The notes: generated by a model not told the origin, from the sequence alone. A stretch of 63,953 nucleotides of DNA from Octopus bimaculoides (GCF_001194135.2 NC_068993.1:2721829-2785781); one strand, 5' to 3'. Counted from the first letter of the stretch, positions 27,344 to 39,710 are shown. Numbers and translations: made by a program.

Positions 27344-27886
27344 GAGTGACAGAGCAGCACACACCATTAAAGTGGTGCTGGAATACAGATATACAAGGCC
27401 CAATATAGCCATCATGGCTACCCATCTGATAGGGGTACACCAGGCACATGCAGCACAACTACATGTGTGTGACATGGTGACTTCATATCAAAGTTAACAG
27501 AGCATGACCTTGCAGGTGGAGCCCAGTTAGAATCTTCATTGGGTGGAGGAGCCCGTCCCACCCAAAAGGTCCCTGAATAAGAGTTGCTTCAGGATGATTA
27601 ATGAAACACCCATGTTTCCAGAGGTGAATTATTCAAATCCCAAATAATTTCTTTCAACATATATCCATGATGTTACCCCACTACTGCTCATAATCAGAGA
27701 TGTCACCCACCTAGGGACGTGCTCAATTCCTTAAGGTCAAACAAGTGACAAGCATATCTGTGGTATGGAGCAGAATATTTACTGTTGCCTGTCTTTTATA
27801 CCATAGCAAAACATATATATGTTAACACTTCCAATCAGTTAAGATCAGCACTCATGAGAGCCCGTGCATGGTACTGCATCAGGGTA
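27344..27886. mobile_element. ~540-bp non-coding element embedded in an (ATT)n microsatellite
   Basis: Higher-complexity, more GC-rich block bounded exactly by (ATT)n at 27302-27343 and 27888-27970. No long ORF. Confidence 0.65.
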
Positions 27887-27887
27887 A

Positions 27888-27963
<76 letters not shown>

Positions 27964-28556
27964 ATTATTATTGCTGTTGTTGTTGTTGTTGTTGCTTTTT
28001 TGTTGTTGTTGGCGGTGGTGGTGCTAAATTATTCATTTCTGAAAAGCAAAAGAAAACATCTTTGTTTCTTCTGCCATCTATTTTCTATATTGATCTGAAA
28101 ATCTTAAGTATTTGGTAAGAATGCAATAATATTATTGAGTGACAAATGTTCTTTGTGAACAAGTTAATAATTTGTGATATTTCTTATTGGGGAAATTATA
28201 TTACAATCGAGGCTTTTTATTTCGATATTGAAGGTAGTTTAATTTAACTTTTACAATTTCCTGTTGTTGTTTGAAAAGAAGAGAAATTCACAGGAAGAAT
28301 TAAATAAACGTTTAGACAAAGAAAACAAAAGGAAATTTATAAGCATGCTCAACACAAACATTAACAGCAACAACAGTTGCAGTAGCAGCATGTATTTTAA
28401 AGATGTGAAAAGGTGGTGGAGATGGTGGTGGCTGTAATCATTGTCATCATTGTTGTCATGACTGTGGCTAACAAAGGCAGTGAAGAAGACAAAGGAGAAG
28501 AAAAAGTAAAAGAACAAGAAGAATCTTTCTCACTTACCCATTCTTGCTATATCATG

Positions 28557-28615
<59 letters not shown>

Positions 28616-28892
28616 ACTCTCTCTAAATATAAAACGATATAGCTATCTAAGTATCATACTTTAATGTAAGTACACAGTTGAAAGGCATGATGCTGTGGTT
28701 TTTGTCTGAGAGAAGCTCAACAGGTATTCTGTAGCATTGGTGAGTCTATTATTTTCTATTATTTTGTATATTAACGGGAACTGATTCTGTTTAGGCATGT
28801 GACTATTACGTACATACCATTGACAACCCACCAAAAGGCCAAACTATGTCTGGCATTCTCATCTGGGCAGATGTTCATCTTACTCCAAAATA

Positions 28893-29095
28893 CTTTTTAT
28901 CTCATACTCGTTTCAGGCATCAGATTGTGCCCATGCTGGGGCACTGTCTTGAAGAATTGACTTCAGCACTTATTTCTTGTTAAAGCCTGATACTTATTCT
29001 ACCAGTCTCTTTTGATGAACCACTAAGTTACAGGGAAAATGTTAACACACCAACACTGGTTGTCTAGTGGTGATGGGGAACAAACATGAACACAA
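28893..29095 (-). mobile_element. Family C SINE 3' half
   Basis: tactcgtttcaggcatcagattgtgcccatgctggggcactgtcttgaag...tacttattctacc. Confidence 0.7.
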
Positions 29096-29152
29096 AGACA
29101 CACACACACACATGTATATGTGTATATACACACATATATATATATACACATA

Positions 29153-29472
29153 GGCACAGGCTTGGTTGTGTGGTAAGAAGCTTGCTTCCCAACCACATGG
29201 TTCAGGGTTCAGTCCCACAACATGAAACCTTGGGCAAGTGTCTTCTGCTATAGTCTTGGGCCAACCAAAGTCTTGCGAGTGGATTTGGTAGACAGAAACT
29301 GAAAGAAGGCTATCATGTACATGTATGTGTGTGTGTGTCTTTGTTTGTCCCCTACCACCATTTCACAACCAGTGTCTCTGTGTTTATGTCCCTGTGACTT
29401 AGCAGTTTGGCAAAAAAGATTGATAGAATAAGTACCAGCTTTTAAAAAGAAAACCTAAGTCCTGTGTTCGAT
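29153..29472 (+). mobile_element. Family C SINE, 3'-truncated
   Basis: tggttgtgtggtaagaagcttgcttcccaaccacatggttcagggttcagtccc; colinear with 53771 onward. Confidence 0.85.
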
Positions 29473-29476
29473 ATAT

Positions 29477-29635
29477 GATGGGCTTCTTTTAGTTTCCATC
29501 TACCAATTCCACTCACAAGGCTTTGGTTGGCCTGAGGCTATAGTAGAAGACACTCATCCAAGGTGCCATGCAATTAAACTGAACCTGGATCCATGTGGTT
29601 GTGAAGGAAACTTCTTACCACACACCCATATCTGC
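29477..29635 (-). mobile_element. Family C SINE head, inverted relative to 29153-29310
   Basis: Its reverse complement matches 29153-29310 at roughly 80-85% by eye. Confidence 0.85.
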
Positions 29636-29959
29636 ACTTAGATATTGAGCCTTTTAACACACCATATCTATGAAAAGATTTCATCTTAGAAAAAAGTCAC
29701 AGCATCTTATCTTTCATTGGTCAATATAAATTAAGTGCAATACAAAGTTGGCTATTTTAATCTAATGCTGCTTCAATTGCACAGACCAAGATTTTTGGAA
29801 GAGATATATTTTACTTACCTGCTGTTTGGTTTGCATCAATATATTTTTATCAATGTAGAATATCCTTCAAACTGAAATAAGATTTTGTATAAATTATTCC
29901 AAACATGCCATTTAAGTGATTATTTACCTACCTTTAGCATTTTCCTTGCAGAACAAATG

Positions 29960-30400
29960 TGTAATTCAAAACCTTAGCTTCTCTGCCATTGCTGGGCAAT
30001 TTAAACTGGTGATGTAGCCTTCAGATTTATCAGTTTCCAACAGCAAATCAAAATAACCCCTTAAAAACCCTGTCAAGTACAATTTCCAAAATAATAAATA
30101 AGAAGAATATCCGAGAGAGTTACAAGTCTCTCTCTTCCTACTGGATAAACTGAAATCATGAATATGTTTCTTGCCTCAATCAAGTTAAATAGAAATGCAT
30201 AGCAGTGGAGTTAAGAAGTTTGATTTGCAAAGAATGGTTCTTGGTTCGAAGTCTCCAGAATAAAATGTCTGATAAGAGCTCATGTTCAGTATGATAATTG
30301 GTGGCCAAAAATCCAACACTGCTTTGAGTTGGGTTGGGTGCATCCATAAATCTACTCTTTGACTTTGTGCTTTTGAGATATTTTGAATCTTCATAATTCT
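29960..30400 (+). pseudogene. LRR remnant
   Basis: NQNNPLKTLSSTISKI; AVELRSLI; SLQNKMSD; LVAKNP (LRRCT-start-like). Confidence 0.35.
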
Positions 30401-30422
30401 GGTGAGCTTGCATGTGATGTGG

Positions 30423-30457
<35 letters not shown>

Positions 30458-30568
30458 CACGCACAGATGCACAACACTCATACAGATTGAAGTAAGTATA
30501 TACACACATGCATACACAGACACAGAGACTGACACAAACACACATATACATACATGTTATATATACAT

Positions 30569-30619
<51 letters not shown>

Positions 30620-30663
30620 NNNNNNNNNNCAAACACACATATACATACATGTTATATATACAT

Positions 30664-30700
<37 letters not shown>

Positions 30701-30712
30701 ATATGCGTGTAT

Positions 30713-30845
30713 GAAGGCACATGGCTTAATGGTTAGTGTGCTGCACTCCCAACTGCAAGTTCATGGGTTCGATTCCCAGACCAGGAGTTGCATTGTGTTC
30801 TTGAGCAAAGCACTTCATTTCACGTTGCTCTGCAATCATTTCGTT
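30713..30845 (+). mobile_element. tRNA-derived SINE head (family D) with a CORE-like segment
   Basis: A-box tggcttaatgg and B-box gggttcgattccc, then tgtgttcttgagcaaagcacttcatttcacgttgc. Confidence 0.75.
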
Positions 30846-32192
30846 GTCTTAGCCAACAATTTTTCACTGGCTAAGACTAGCCTCAGATTGCCCAACAATA
30901 CGACCTCTTTGGAAATCTGACAGTTCTGCTGAACTTTTTGTGCATGGCATGGTTACTCTTCACAAATGTTTAATATAATAGCACCTGGAATGAAAAAGAA
31001 TAATTACATTGTAAATTCTACACTACTGAAAACATATTAAGACACTTAGATCAGAAATTTTGAAAACTAAAGGTGTCTATTTACTTCCTGCATGTCTGTG
31101 TATATGCATATATATGTATGTATATATATGTGTGTGTATGTGTGTATCCTTAGTCTATATATTTAATGTGTATATGCATGAATACATATGTAAAAGTGAA
31201 AAGTCTCTCTCTTTGTTCCTGTTTTGTTCCTCTCTTAACTGAAAGCTATATATTACTTTAACTATTTGAAATAAATTTAGAATATTTTCAATATTTTTAT
31301 AATTTACTGCTTTTTTTTTCAATAATTTTTATAATTTCCTGAGATATCAGTTAAGTTTAGCTTACTAAGTTTTGACACATATATAAATCTCTTTGAAACT
31401 TCACTTATATTGTTTGTCTTAATTTGTTTTATATTTTCTTTATTTGTCATTCGATTCAAATATGTTCAAATTGAGTGTGATGCCGTCGTAGTTTCAGTAA
31501 CTATATTTTAGAGAGATATATATCTGTCTGTCTGTTCATTCAGCTTTATAATTACCATGATGACTGGCAAAAAAAATATATACCTATTACACATAAATAT
31601 ACATAAAAATATATTTATACAAGGATATAATGAAATAGAATTTTTAAAAATGTAATGTAAAAGTAACTTTGAAGCAAACATGAATCTGACAAAAATGACA
31701 TTTTCTTTTTTTTGTTTTTACAAGGAAAGATAAATGGTTTTAAAATAAATATTGGAAATTAGAATAAATATATGGAAATTTAGAAAATTGATACATTTTA
31801 CAAGAATATTTTATAACCAATGAAAATTATATGGAGAATAAAAAATTAGCACTTTGAAGAATAACATGGTTTCAGTCAGATTTGACATATATACAAGGCT
31901 AATTTTGGCATATAGACTTGGAATTCTAGACACAAAAAAAGAAAAAAAAATACATGGTGTGTATTATATCAAAAGGAATCAGATTTGTGTTGGTGTAAAA
32001 TAGTAAAGATTGGTACCAACAAATGTCACAAAGTACAGACCAAGATAAGAAGGGAACATGGCAAAATGGTATGTGTTGTAGTAAGTAGTGTAATATGTAG
32101 TCCAAATAAGGAGCAAATAGGTACCTCACCATTATCAAAAGAACAAAAGGATTTACCAGAACGATGAGGAAACTGCATCCAGTAGTGATGGT

Positions 32193-32320
32193 CAAGGCTG
32201 GGGTTTCTAGTGTTGTGGGGAGTGGAGAGTCACCCTATAATTACCATTGTTCACAGGACTGTTCTGATTCAGGATAGTTTCTGTCAGGGCTCTATCTGTG
32301 GCTTAAATAGACTTCCCAAG
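32193..32320 (+). repeat. Remnant of a dispersed repeat recalled from octopus sequence
   Basis: caaggctggggtttctagtgttgtggggagtggagagtcaccctataattaccattgttcacagg. Single copy in this window, so the call rests on recall only. Confidence 0.3.
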
Positions 32321-32634
32321 GATAGAGGAGGTTCCCATTATTTTTAACAAAGCTGTGTGGAAGGCAGTTCTTCTTGGAAAAAGAAAAATACGCTGACAAA
32401 ACTTGTCAGTGGAACCTATAATGGCAACTGAGAGAGTGATGGAAGCGTGGTACAAGGTTTTGTCACTTAAATCCAATGATAAACACATTGATCACTATTT
32501 TGTATTCTATAAAGTCATATGGTGATGGAATTCTGGTGTCCAAAGTCATATCCATGCATATGCAAGGATAAAAATAAATTAGAGCAATCAAGGCTGATTG
32601 TAAAACACCTACCATCTGACAAGAGGAGGCAATC

Positions 32635-32676
<42 letters not shown>

Positions 32677-32822
32677 CATATATATATCTATATGTATACA
32701 TACATATATNNNNNNNNNNNNNNNNNNNNNNNNNNNNNNNNNNNNNNNNNNNNNNNNNNNNNNNNNNNNNNNNNNNNNNNNNNNNNNNNNNNNNNNNNNN
32801 NNNNNNNNNNNNNNNNNNNNNN

Positions 32823-32873
<51 letters not shown>

Positions 32874-33336
32874 TATCCATGTATATTCATGTATATATAT
32901 ATATATCTCCACACACTCACACACACACACACACACACATAAAAATACATATTCACATTTACATTACAATTCAGGAGTTAATAAGTGCAGTGGATATATG
33001 CATGAAGGTGAACTCACAGGCTTTGCAGCATTCTGTCCAAATACAGGTGTGAATGAATATGTCCAAGGCAGATGAAATGACATGCAAAAGTGCAAGAGAA
33101 AGATTCATGTGAAGATAACAGTATATGAATATGGAGGTGATAACATCAAGAGAGATACAAAAAGTCTGTTAGTGACAATATGAATGATTATGTTTCAGGA
33201 ATAAATGTTAAAAGCTGAGGGCAAATAATATTATGAATATGTATGCATGCATACATGTATGTATGTTCACCATAAGAAGTGGTTATACTATGACATGAGT
33301 TGACATCCACCATGTATGTATGTAAGTATGTAACTA

Positions 33337-33660
33337 CAGGGTGATTCAAAAATAGCCATACATAGGAAGAATTTATCTTTTTTATAAGAAACAGTTTATA
33401 AGAACAGTTTTTTAAAATTTATTTAACAGACTCTATATAGTTACCATTGTTTTGAATACACATTGCAATGTTTACCCCACTATTGTAAACTTGTAATAGC
33501 ACATCTGGTGATACTTGTGCAAATGAGTTGGTGATGCGTTCCTTCAAATGATTTATGTCCTTTATCTTTCCGTGATACACCATGCCTTTAAAATGCCCCC
33601 AAAAGATAGAAATCAAGAGGGGTCAGACCAGGGGATCTAGGGGATCTTATAAACTGGCTC
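33337..33660 (-). mobile_element. Tc1/mariner DNA transposon 3' end: transposase C-terminus and TIR
   Basis: Minus strand SPRSPGLTPLDFYLLG [frameshift] FWGHFKGMVYHGKIKDINHLKERITNSFAQVSPDVL...CIQNNGNYIE, matching the WPPRSPDLTPLDF motif. Terminus TA|CAGGGTGATTCAAAA at 33335-33351. Confidence 0.85.
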
Positions 33661-34449
33661 TTATAAAGAAATAATTTTTTTCTTATGGAGACTTTTTCTT
33701 CCCATTTTTTGAATTCACTGTTTCTTTGATTTCTTAATCCTCATCCTTAATCTCCTCTTCTTTCTTCATTCAGTCAAATCATCTTTATCCTCATCTCTCC
33801 CTCTTTGCATCCTAATTATTGTGAAATCTCACAAAACGCCCCTCTTCACATGTAGCCACCCACACACATACACATGTATACACCCACACTGTCTTACCCA
33901 CATAGCTTTCTGCTTGACGTTCATTATTTCCTGTGCTCCTATGCATTATTATACACACATACACACGTACACTCTCTCTCACTCTCTCTTTCTCTCTATT
34001 CTTCTCCCACCCTCCCTCTTTTCTCTCAGTCTCTCCTTTTCTGGCTTCCATTCTTTTTCCTTCTTTTCCTTTTCCTTTGTCACTCTTCCTATCCTCTTCA
34101 TTCTATTTGTATCACTCATTGATCATATTCTAATTTATTCCTGCACCTTCATTACTCTTAAATTCAAAACTCACACTTCCCACCCCAACATGATTTAAGA
34201 CTTATGTGATAGTGTTTATTTCCCTTGCAATAACTGTCACCAAAGACTCCTCCACGTGTTCAACTTCCTCTGGCAGTGGATATTCTGATTTATACTCATA
34301 TAAACTAATGGCGATAGCCAAGGTGTTATGCTTTCAATGGAACTGTCTCTACAAGCATAACGAGGAATAAAAAAAAAAGAACAATTGAATAGCAACTGAA
34401 ATACATTATCTGCACCCAAAATGACGACACGTTAAAACGGCTTGTGAAA

Positions 34450-36420
34450 TTATTTGTCGTCAAGATTATAGTAACTGACTTTTTTGACAAGAGTAGTCAA
34501 TATGTAAGAAGGACTCTTCTCTCACTCCTCTGCTGTCTTCAGTCTCACCTGCGGAATTATGATCGACCTGTGAAGTAAAATATACATCCTTCGAATGTCT
34601 TCTAAATTATCTCACTTGGTACAGTTTTTAATAGTGTGTAATAAATTTACTGAAGGTTTTGTCACGCTGACGATTCCAAAAAAAAAAAAAAAAGATGAAA
34701 TGGCACTATACACGGCTAACATTGACTAAAGAATATTTGGAATGATTATAATGAGTAAACAGATACATAGGTATATTCTGTGATACTCCTTCATTACTCT
34801 CAAATTCAAAATTCAAATTTCTCAACCCATCACGATTTAAGATCTTTCTTGTAGTAATTACCTTCATTACTATAAATGCCACCAGTAACTCTACATGCTA
34901 CATTTGTTGCGTGCATGTGTGCATCATGGTGGTAGCTGCTGGTGAATGAAAATGTATTTCTAGGGCTGCATGTAGAATTAACTAACAACACTCGTGAGCA
35001 ATTAACGGAAGGTTTTATAACTGCACATTGTATTGTCATCATATGGTACCAACAGTATTTTCTAAAATATTCTATCAATTTATATGCAAAACTGTAATTA
35101 ATTCCCCTTCCAGAATATTCTGTATTCGATTTGCATGCAACTTTAGGCATCTTGAAGTACTTCCGGCTTCAGATAAATTATACTTATTTTACATTACGTT
35201 CTGAGTTCATATTTTATTTCTTGTAAAATCAAGCGGAGAGACACTTTCTGTTGTTATATTTGACAAAAAATACCAATTCCTCCAAAACGTTTATGGATTA
35301 TATGAACCACTGAGAAGACGAAAAAGCAAGAGAAATAAAATGTACTTTCATGAGAGTGGAACATATGAATAATCTACTTTTAAAAAAATATGGTTTCAGA
35401 ACGCAAAAGTCTCGCCTGCAGAACATGGCTCTGTGAGTGTTTGAAGAAAATCTTTCTAATAGGATCAGAACGGTGAAATTTTAAAATGTTCAAATTAGTT
35501 TAGAATATCTTAAATAAGAACTTGCGGTCTTGTAGAAACTCTAAGAGTTTCATATCTCGTGTGAGAAAGAAAAAAAAATCTTTATGAGATCGATAAACTC
35601 ACCTAGACAAGACTTTTCTCCAATAACATTGCAAAACATCTGAGAAAACAACCTGAAAACATAGAATTTAATTAGCAAATAAACGACAGATGGATGACAG
35701 AGTACACCGTCTGTCAACTCGTCAAACTTATATTACATTAAAGGACCACACAATTTAATTCTAGCTTAATAATCCGGATAAACGTGAGTTAGATAAGACC
35801 AGTAAACATATATTAGATTTCATTAATAGCAGTATTGTGCAAGCAACCAGCCTTCTACTCTGCAATAATGACACTTCTGTCATTAAGTTGTTCAATGACA
35901 TACACAATAAATTTAGATACAAGTTTACAGAGTTTTACATCGAGAAATTCTAACCTTCCATAACCAAAACTCTCCTACATTTCAGCGGTAATTTTACCAT
36001 AATTACCGATAAGACATCAGCGTAATTATACACGCTAGAAAGACACTTTCCTGATGACTCATTCAAAATAAAACGTAGTAGGACAAAACTATTCGACATC
36101 CCAAAAGAGTCTTTTGAAAGGGTCGAAATATACAATTCCAAAGGATTGTGCAAGATTTGCTTCCAGTGAAATTAGACTGTAGAGTTAGAGATTTACAAAG
36201 ATGTCAGACTGATTGGATATATTTTTTAATAAAAGGGTAAGAAAAGAAAAAAAGAAATAGAAATAACGAAATTGACAGGTTCAAAGATTTAACCTTAGCA
36301 CAGTTGATTTGTTGAACATAAACCTAAGTTTAAATTTCAGTGAATGCAATCCACAGAGAAGGCTCCACGAGACCTTACGATATTCTGCTGGTTAAAAAGG
36401 CTGACACAATAACATTAGTA
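34450..36420 (-). pseudogene. Decayed LRR gene with possible Ig-like and transmembrane segments
   Basis: GKITAEM*ESFGYGRLEFLDV (35935-36000); NEI*YMFTGLI*LT (35780-35825); TC[fs]ATNVA Ig-strand-like motif (34890-34925); hydrophobic CICLLIIIIPNIL*SMLAVYSAIS (34695-34770). Confidence 0.4.
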
Positions 36421-37784
36421 AAAGAAGTGTAGACATATCTGCTGACGTAGAATAATCTAGCTGCTGTTGGATATTGCAATGACACTGCGGATAGAAGCGA
36501 ATTAAAGAAAAATATGTGTTATGTATGTAGTAAGGCAGAACAATACAAATGTTCGCAAACACTGTTCATGTTTGTTCACATATGCAAGCATTAACATACA
36601 ACAAGCTATTTATTTCATATCTATTGTTGTTTACAACGGCGTGCACCTTATATACATTCATGTACACACATACTTACATGTACATATACGTATACATATA
36701 ATGCACATATACAAAACAAGCTCACAAAAGTTTACATGGTCGAATATTACAGTTGTTCACGTATATGTTGAGAAAAAAAGAGAGATCATACGGTATAACC
36801 CATTATTTAACTTCAAACTCCGTTCAAACATCATCCGATTTTTCTTTACACATTTCCCTATAGACTCTATCTGCCATAAAATATACGACATGGTGTTTAG
36901 TCAAACTACACCCCTCCAAACAACTTCACCCCTCAATAGTTACACTTAACAGAAAAAAATTTAAATATCGAAATTCACAAACTTTACCACATCACTCAAA
37001 CTACCATATCGTTAATACCTGCTCACCACAATGAAAATGCTTCTATAAAAGTGTAGTGTACAACACGAAGCTCTATACCAACAAATTGCAAAAATATAAC
37101 AACATAGAGCGAACTGAAAAATTACTTTTAAACATGGGTGCAATAAACTGTTACTTATTACATTGCACTTTTACACTATATCGCCATCTCTGAATTTAGA
37201 GGTAGAAAGACTGTGCGGCATATCACACAGATGCATTGGGTGCGTAGGCCAACGTTATGGATATATATATATATATATATGTGGTTGCAGTAGAGATCTG
37301 AATTGAGTTTACGCAAGTTAGAAAAAGCTGTAGTGAGTGCAACATTTCGGATAGTAGAGTAAAAACATTTGATTGCGTTCTTATTAAAAGTTGTATAGTA
37401 TTTATGCTGCGGGTGAAAGTGTTTTCTAAGTAATTTAAAAGAAAGTCTTGTTAAAGTTGTTACGGTGAAGGTGAAAGGAGAATTATACCAAGAGATGTTT
37501 CTTTTCCTATATCCACTTCTAATTACGTGAATTTCACTGTTTTGGATTGTAAGATCAATATAAAATATTTTTCACTTCAAAACTCTTCTAGCTAATGCTT
37601 CATTATAATAAGGTGCGGTTTCAGCGAAAAATTGCTTATTTGCGAAGAGGTTACAGATTGTAAGTGAGAGAGATACCTAACTAGAGTGTTAATAATGTCC
37701 TTACAGTGGTTAGAAAGTTCAGACACTCAGTTTAAGAATGTACATATAAGTATGGATATACATTTACATATATAAGTTTGCATA

Positions 37785-37796
37785 TAAAAATAATAA

Positions 37797-37870
<74 letters not shown>
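37785..37870. repeat. (AAT)n microsatellite
   Basis: Direct inspection. Confidence 0.95.
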
Positions 37871-38175
37871 GTAATTCTATTAAAAAGTTCCATAATATTT
37901 CAACTCATATGTTCTTCAGATTTCTTGGAGACATATTTATTATATAAGAATTGCATGCTTAGTGATATATATNNNNNNNNNNNNNNNNNNNNNNNNNNNN
38001 NNNNNNNNNNNNNNNNNNNNNNNNNNNNNNNNNNNNNNNNNNNNNNNNNNNNNNNNNNNNNNNNNNNNNNNNNNNNNNNNNNNNNNNNNNNNNNNNNNNN
38101 NNNNNNNNNNNNNNNNNNNNNNNNNNNNNNNNNNNNNNNNNNNNNNNNNNNNNNNNNNNNNNNNNNNNNNNNNNN

Positions 38176-38255
<80 letters not shown>

Positions 38256-38588
38256 TGTATGTAGTGCAAGAGGGAGAAAGAAGAAATGAAAGAGAAGAGG
38301 GGATAGTATAGTGAATGTGCAAGAAAAGGTGAAATAATTTGGTGAAAATCACTATTGTTGCTAGCAAATGTTAACACGACAGGAAAATATTGTATTCTGT
38401 TGCAATTAAAGGTTTTCTTGGAGTCTTTATTTTGCAGATTTACTAAACTCAAGGAATAGCATCAATGAAGTATCAACAAAGGAGGAATACACGGAAATGT
38501 GTATCGATCGTCAAAGCCATGATAACTGGAATTATAGGAATGGTAGAATGATTGGTAGAATACCATAATTTACATCTTGTTTGTTGTT

Positions 38589-38634
38589 AACACAACATTT
38601 CAGCTGATATACCCTCCAGCATTCTTCAGGTGTC
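38589..38634 (-). ncRNA. Minimal type I hammerhead ribozyme, partly decayed
   Basis: GACAC-CUGAAGA-A-UGCUG(GAGGGUAUAU)CAGCU-GAAA-UG-UU-GUGUU. Has the CUGANGA and GAAA cores, stem I GACAC/GUGUU and stem II GCUG/CAGC. The 10.1-11.1 pair is U.U and the stem III palindrome reads AUGU instead of ACGU. Confidence 0.7.
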
Positions 38635-38751
38635 TTGGGGGAAATTTCGAGCCTGGATTCTCATTCCTAAGGAATTTTTCGATGTTATTATTATTATTAT
38701 TGTTATTGTTCAGGTGACTGCTTGGAATCGAACTCAGAATCTTAACCACTA

Positions 38752-38815
38752 CGCCATATGCCCGTGGGCAATTATGGAGTGTATGCCATATGCCCGTGGG
38801 CAATTATGGAGTGTA
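38752..38815. repeat. 32-bp tandem duplication
   Basis: (c/t)gccatatgcccgtgggcaattatggagtgta occurs at 38752-38783 and 38784-38815. Confidence 0.95.
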
Positions 38816-38963
38816 CGACATCAACTAAATCACGAAATCAAAGTGAGGTTATCTTCATTACTTAGAAAAATAACCAGAGATGATGATACAAAGAGAATGC
38901 AACAAGATCTGGAAAAGTCATAGAAAGAGGAGGAGGCGGAGGGGGGTTACACTCACAGTCCAA

Positions 38964-39180
38964 GGCAGTGATTTGGCAGAATCGTTTGCACGCTGACAAA
39001 ATGCTTAGCGGCACTTCGCCCATCTTTGCGTTTTGAGTTCAAATTCCACCGAGGTCAACTTTGCCTTTCATCCTTTCGAGATCGATAAAATAAGCACCAA
39101 TCAAGCACGGGGGGGGGGGGTCGATGTAATCGACTATCCACCTCAAATTCCAAGCCTTTGCCTGTAAAAGAAAGGACTAT
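38964..39180 (+). mobile_element. Family B SINE
   Basis: ttggcagaatcgtttgc...gagttcaaattcc...gcctttcatcctttcgagatcgataaaataagcacca. Confidence 0.85.
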
Positions 39181-39439
39181 TACATACAGGTAGACATACG
39201 TAGACGTTCAATTTGTGACCCTCTCTTCTTTTGTTTGCGCATTTTGTTCTTTCAAGCTGCTATTCATTTAGCTGCACATCTGAACACCACTACTCAGATA
39301 TGCAGCTGCAATACTCAGTCAAATATTCTATCATCACTCACTTCCAAATCAGGTTTTAATCATCATCAGTGGCAGAAATAATTATAGACTTATGGCACCT
39401 CTCCCCCACTCCGCGGTGGCAACAACGGAGCCTGTAACC

Positions 39440-39582
39440 AATGAAACCACAACACCAACACCACCATACAATAATAACAACTGCTACCATCACCACTACT
39501 ATCACTGCTACTACTACTACTACAACCACCAGCACTACTACAACCACTACTACTACTACTACTACTACAACTATTACAACCG

Positions 39583-39619
<37 letters not shown>

Positions 39620-39674
39620 TACTACTAATACAGCCACCGCCACAGCTGCCACCATCACCACCACCACTATCACC

Positions 39675-39707
<33 letters not shown>

Positions 39708-39710
39708 GCA
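39440..39710. repeat. (ACT/ACC)n degenerate trinucleotide tract
   Basis: Source of the poly-Thr and poly-Val ORFs. Confidence 0.95.

Larger units (their letters stand above)
38575..38815 (-). mobile_element. tRNA-promoter / (AAT)n / hammerhead-bearing non-autonomous element
   Basis: On the minus strand: A-box TGGCGTAGTGG (38746-38756), B-box GAGTTCGATTCC (38724-38735), short (AAT)n, then the hammerhead fold at 38589-38634. Confidence 0.7.

Noticed and set aside
29819-29871. Minus-strand segment with good acceptor and donor
   Set aside because: Stops in all three frames; could only be a non-coding exon, with no support.
30540-30700. Duplicated sequence on both sides of a 10-N gap; similar cases at 49860-50160 and 24270-24554
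   Set aside because: Most likely overlapping contig ends (assembly artefact), not real tandem duplication.
34440-34520. TIR-like SKKSVTIILTTNNF on the minus strand
   Set aside because: No box 1 (YDAFISY) or box 2 (RDFxPG) motifs nearby, so the LRR fossils cannot be called TLRs.
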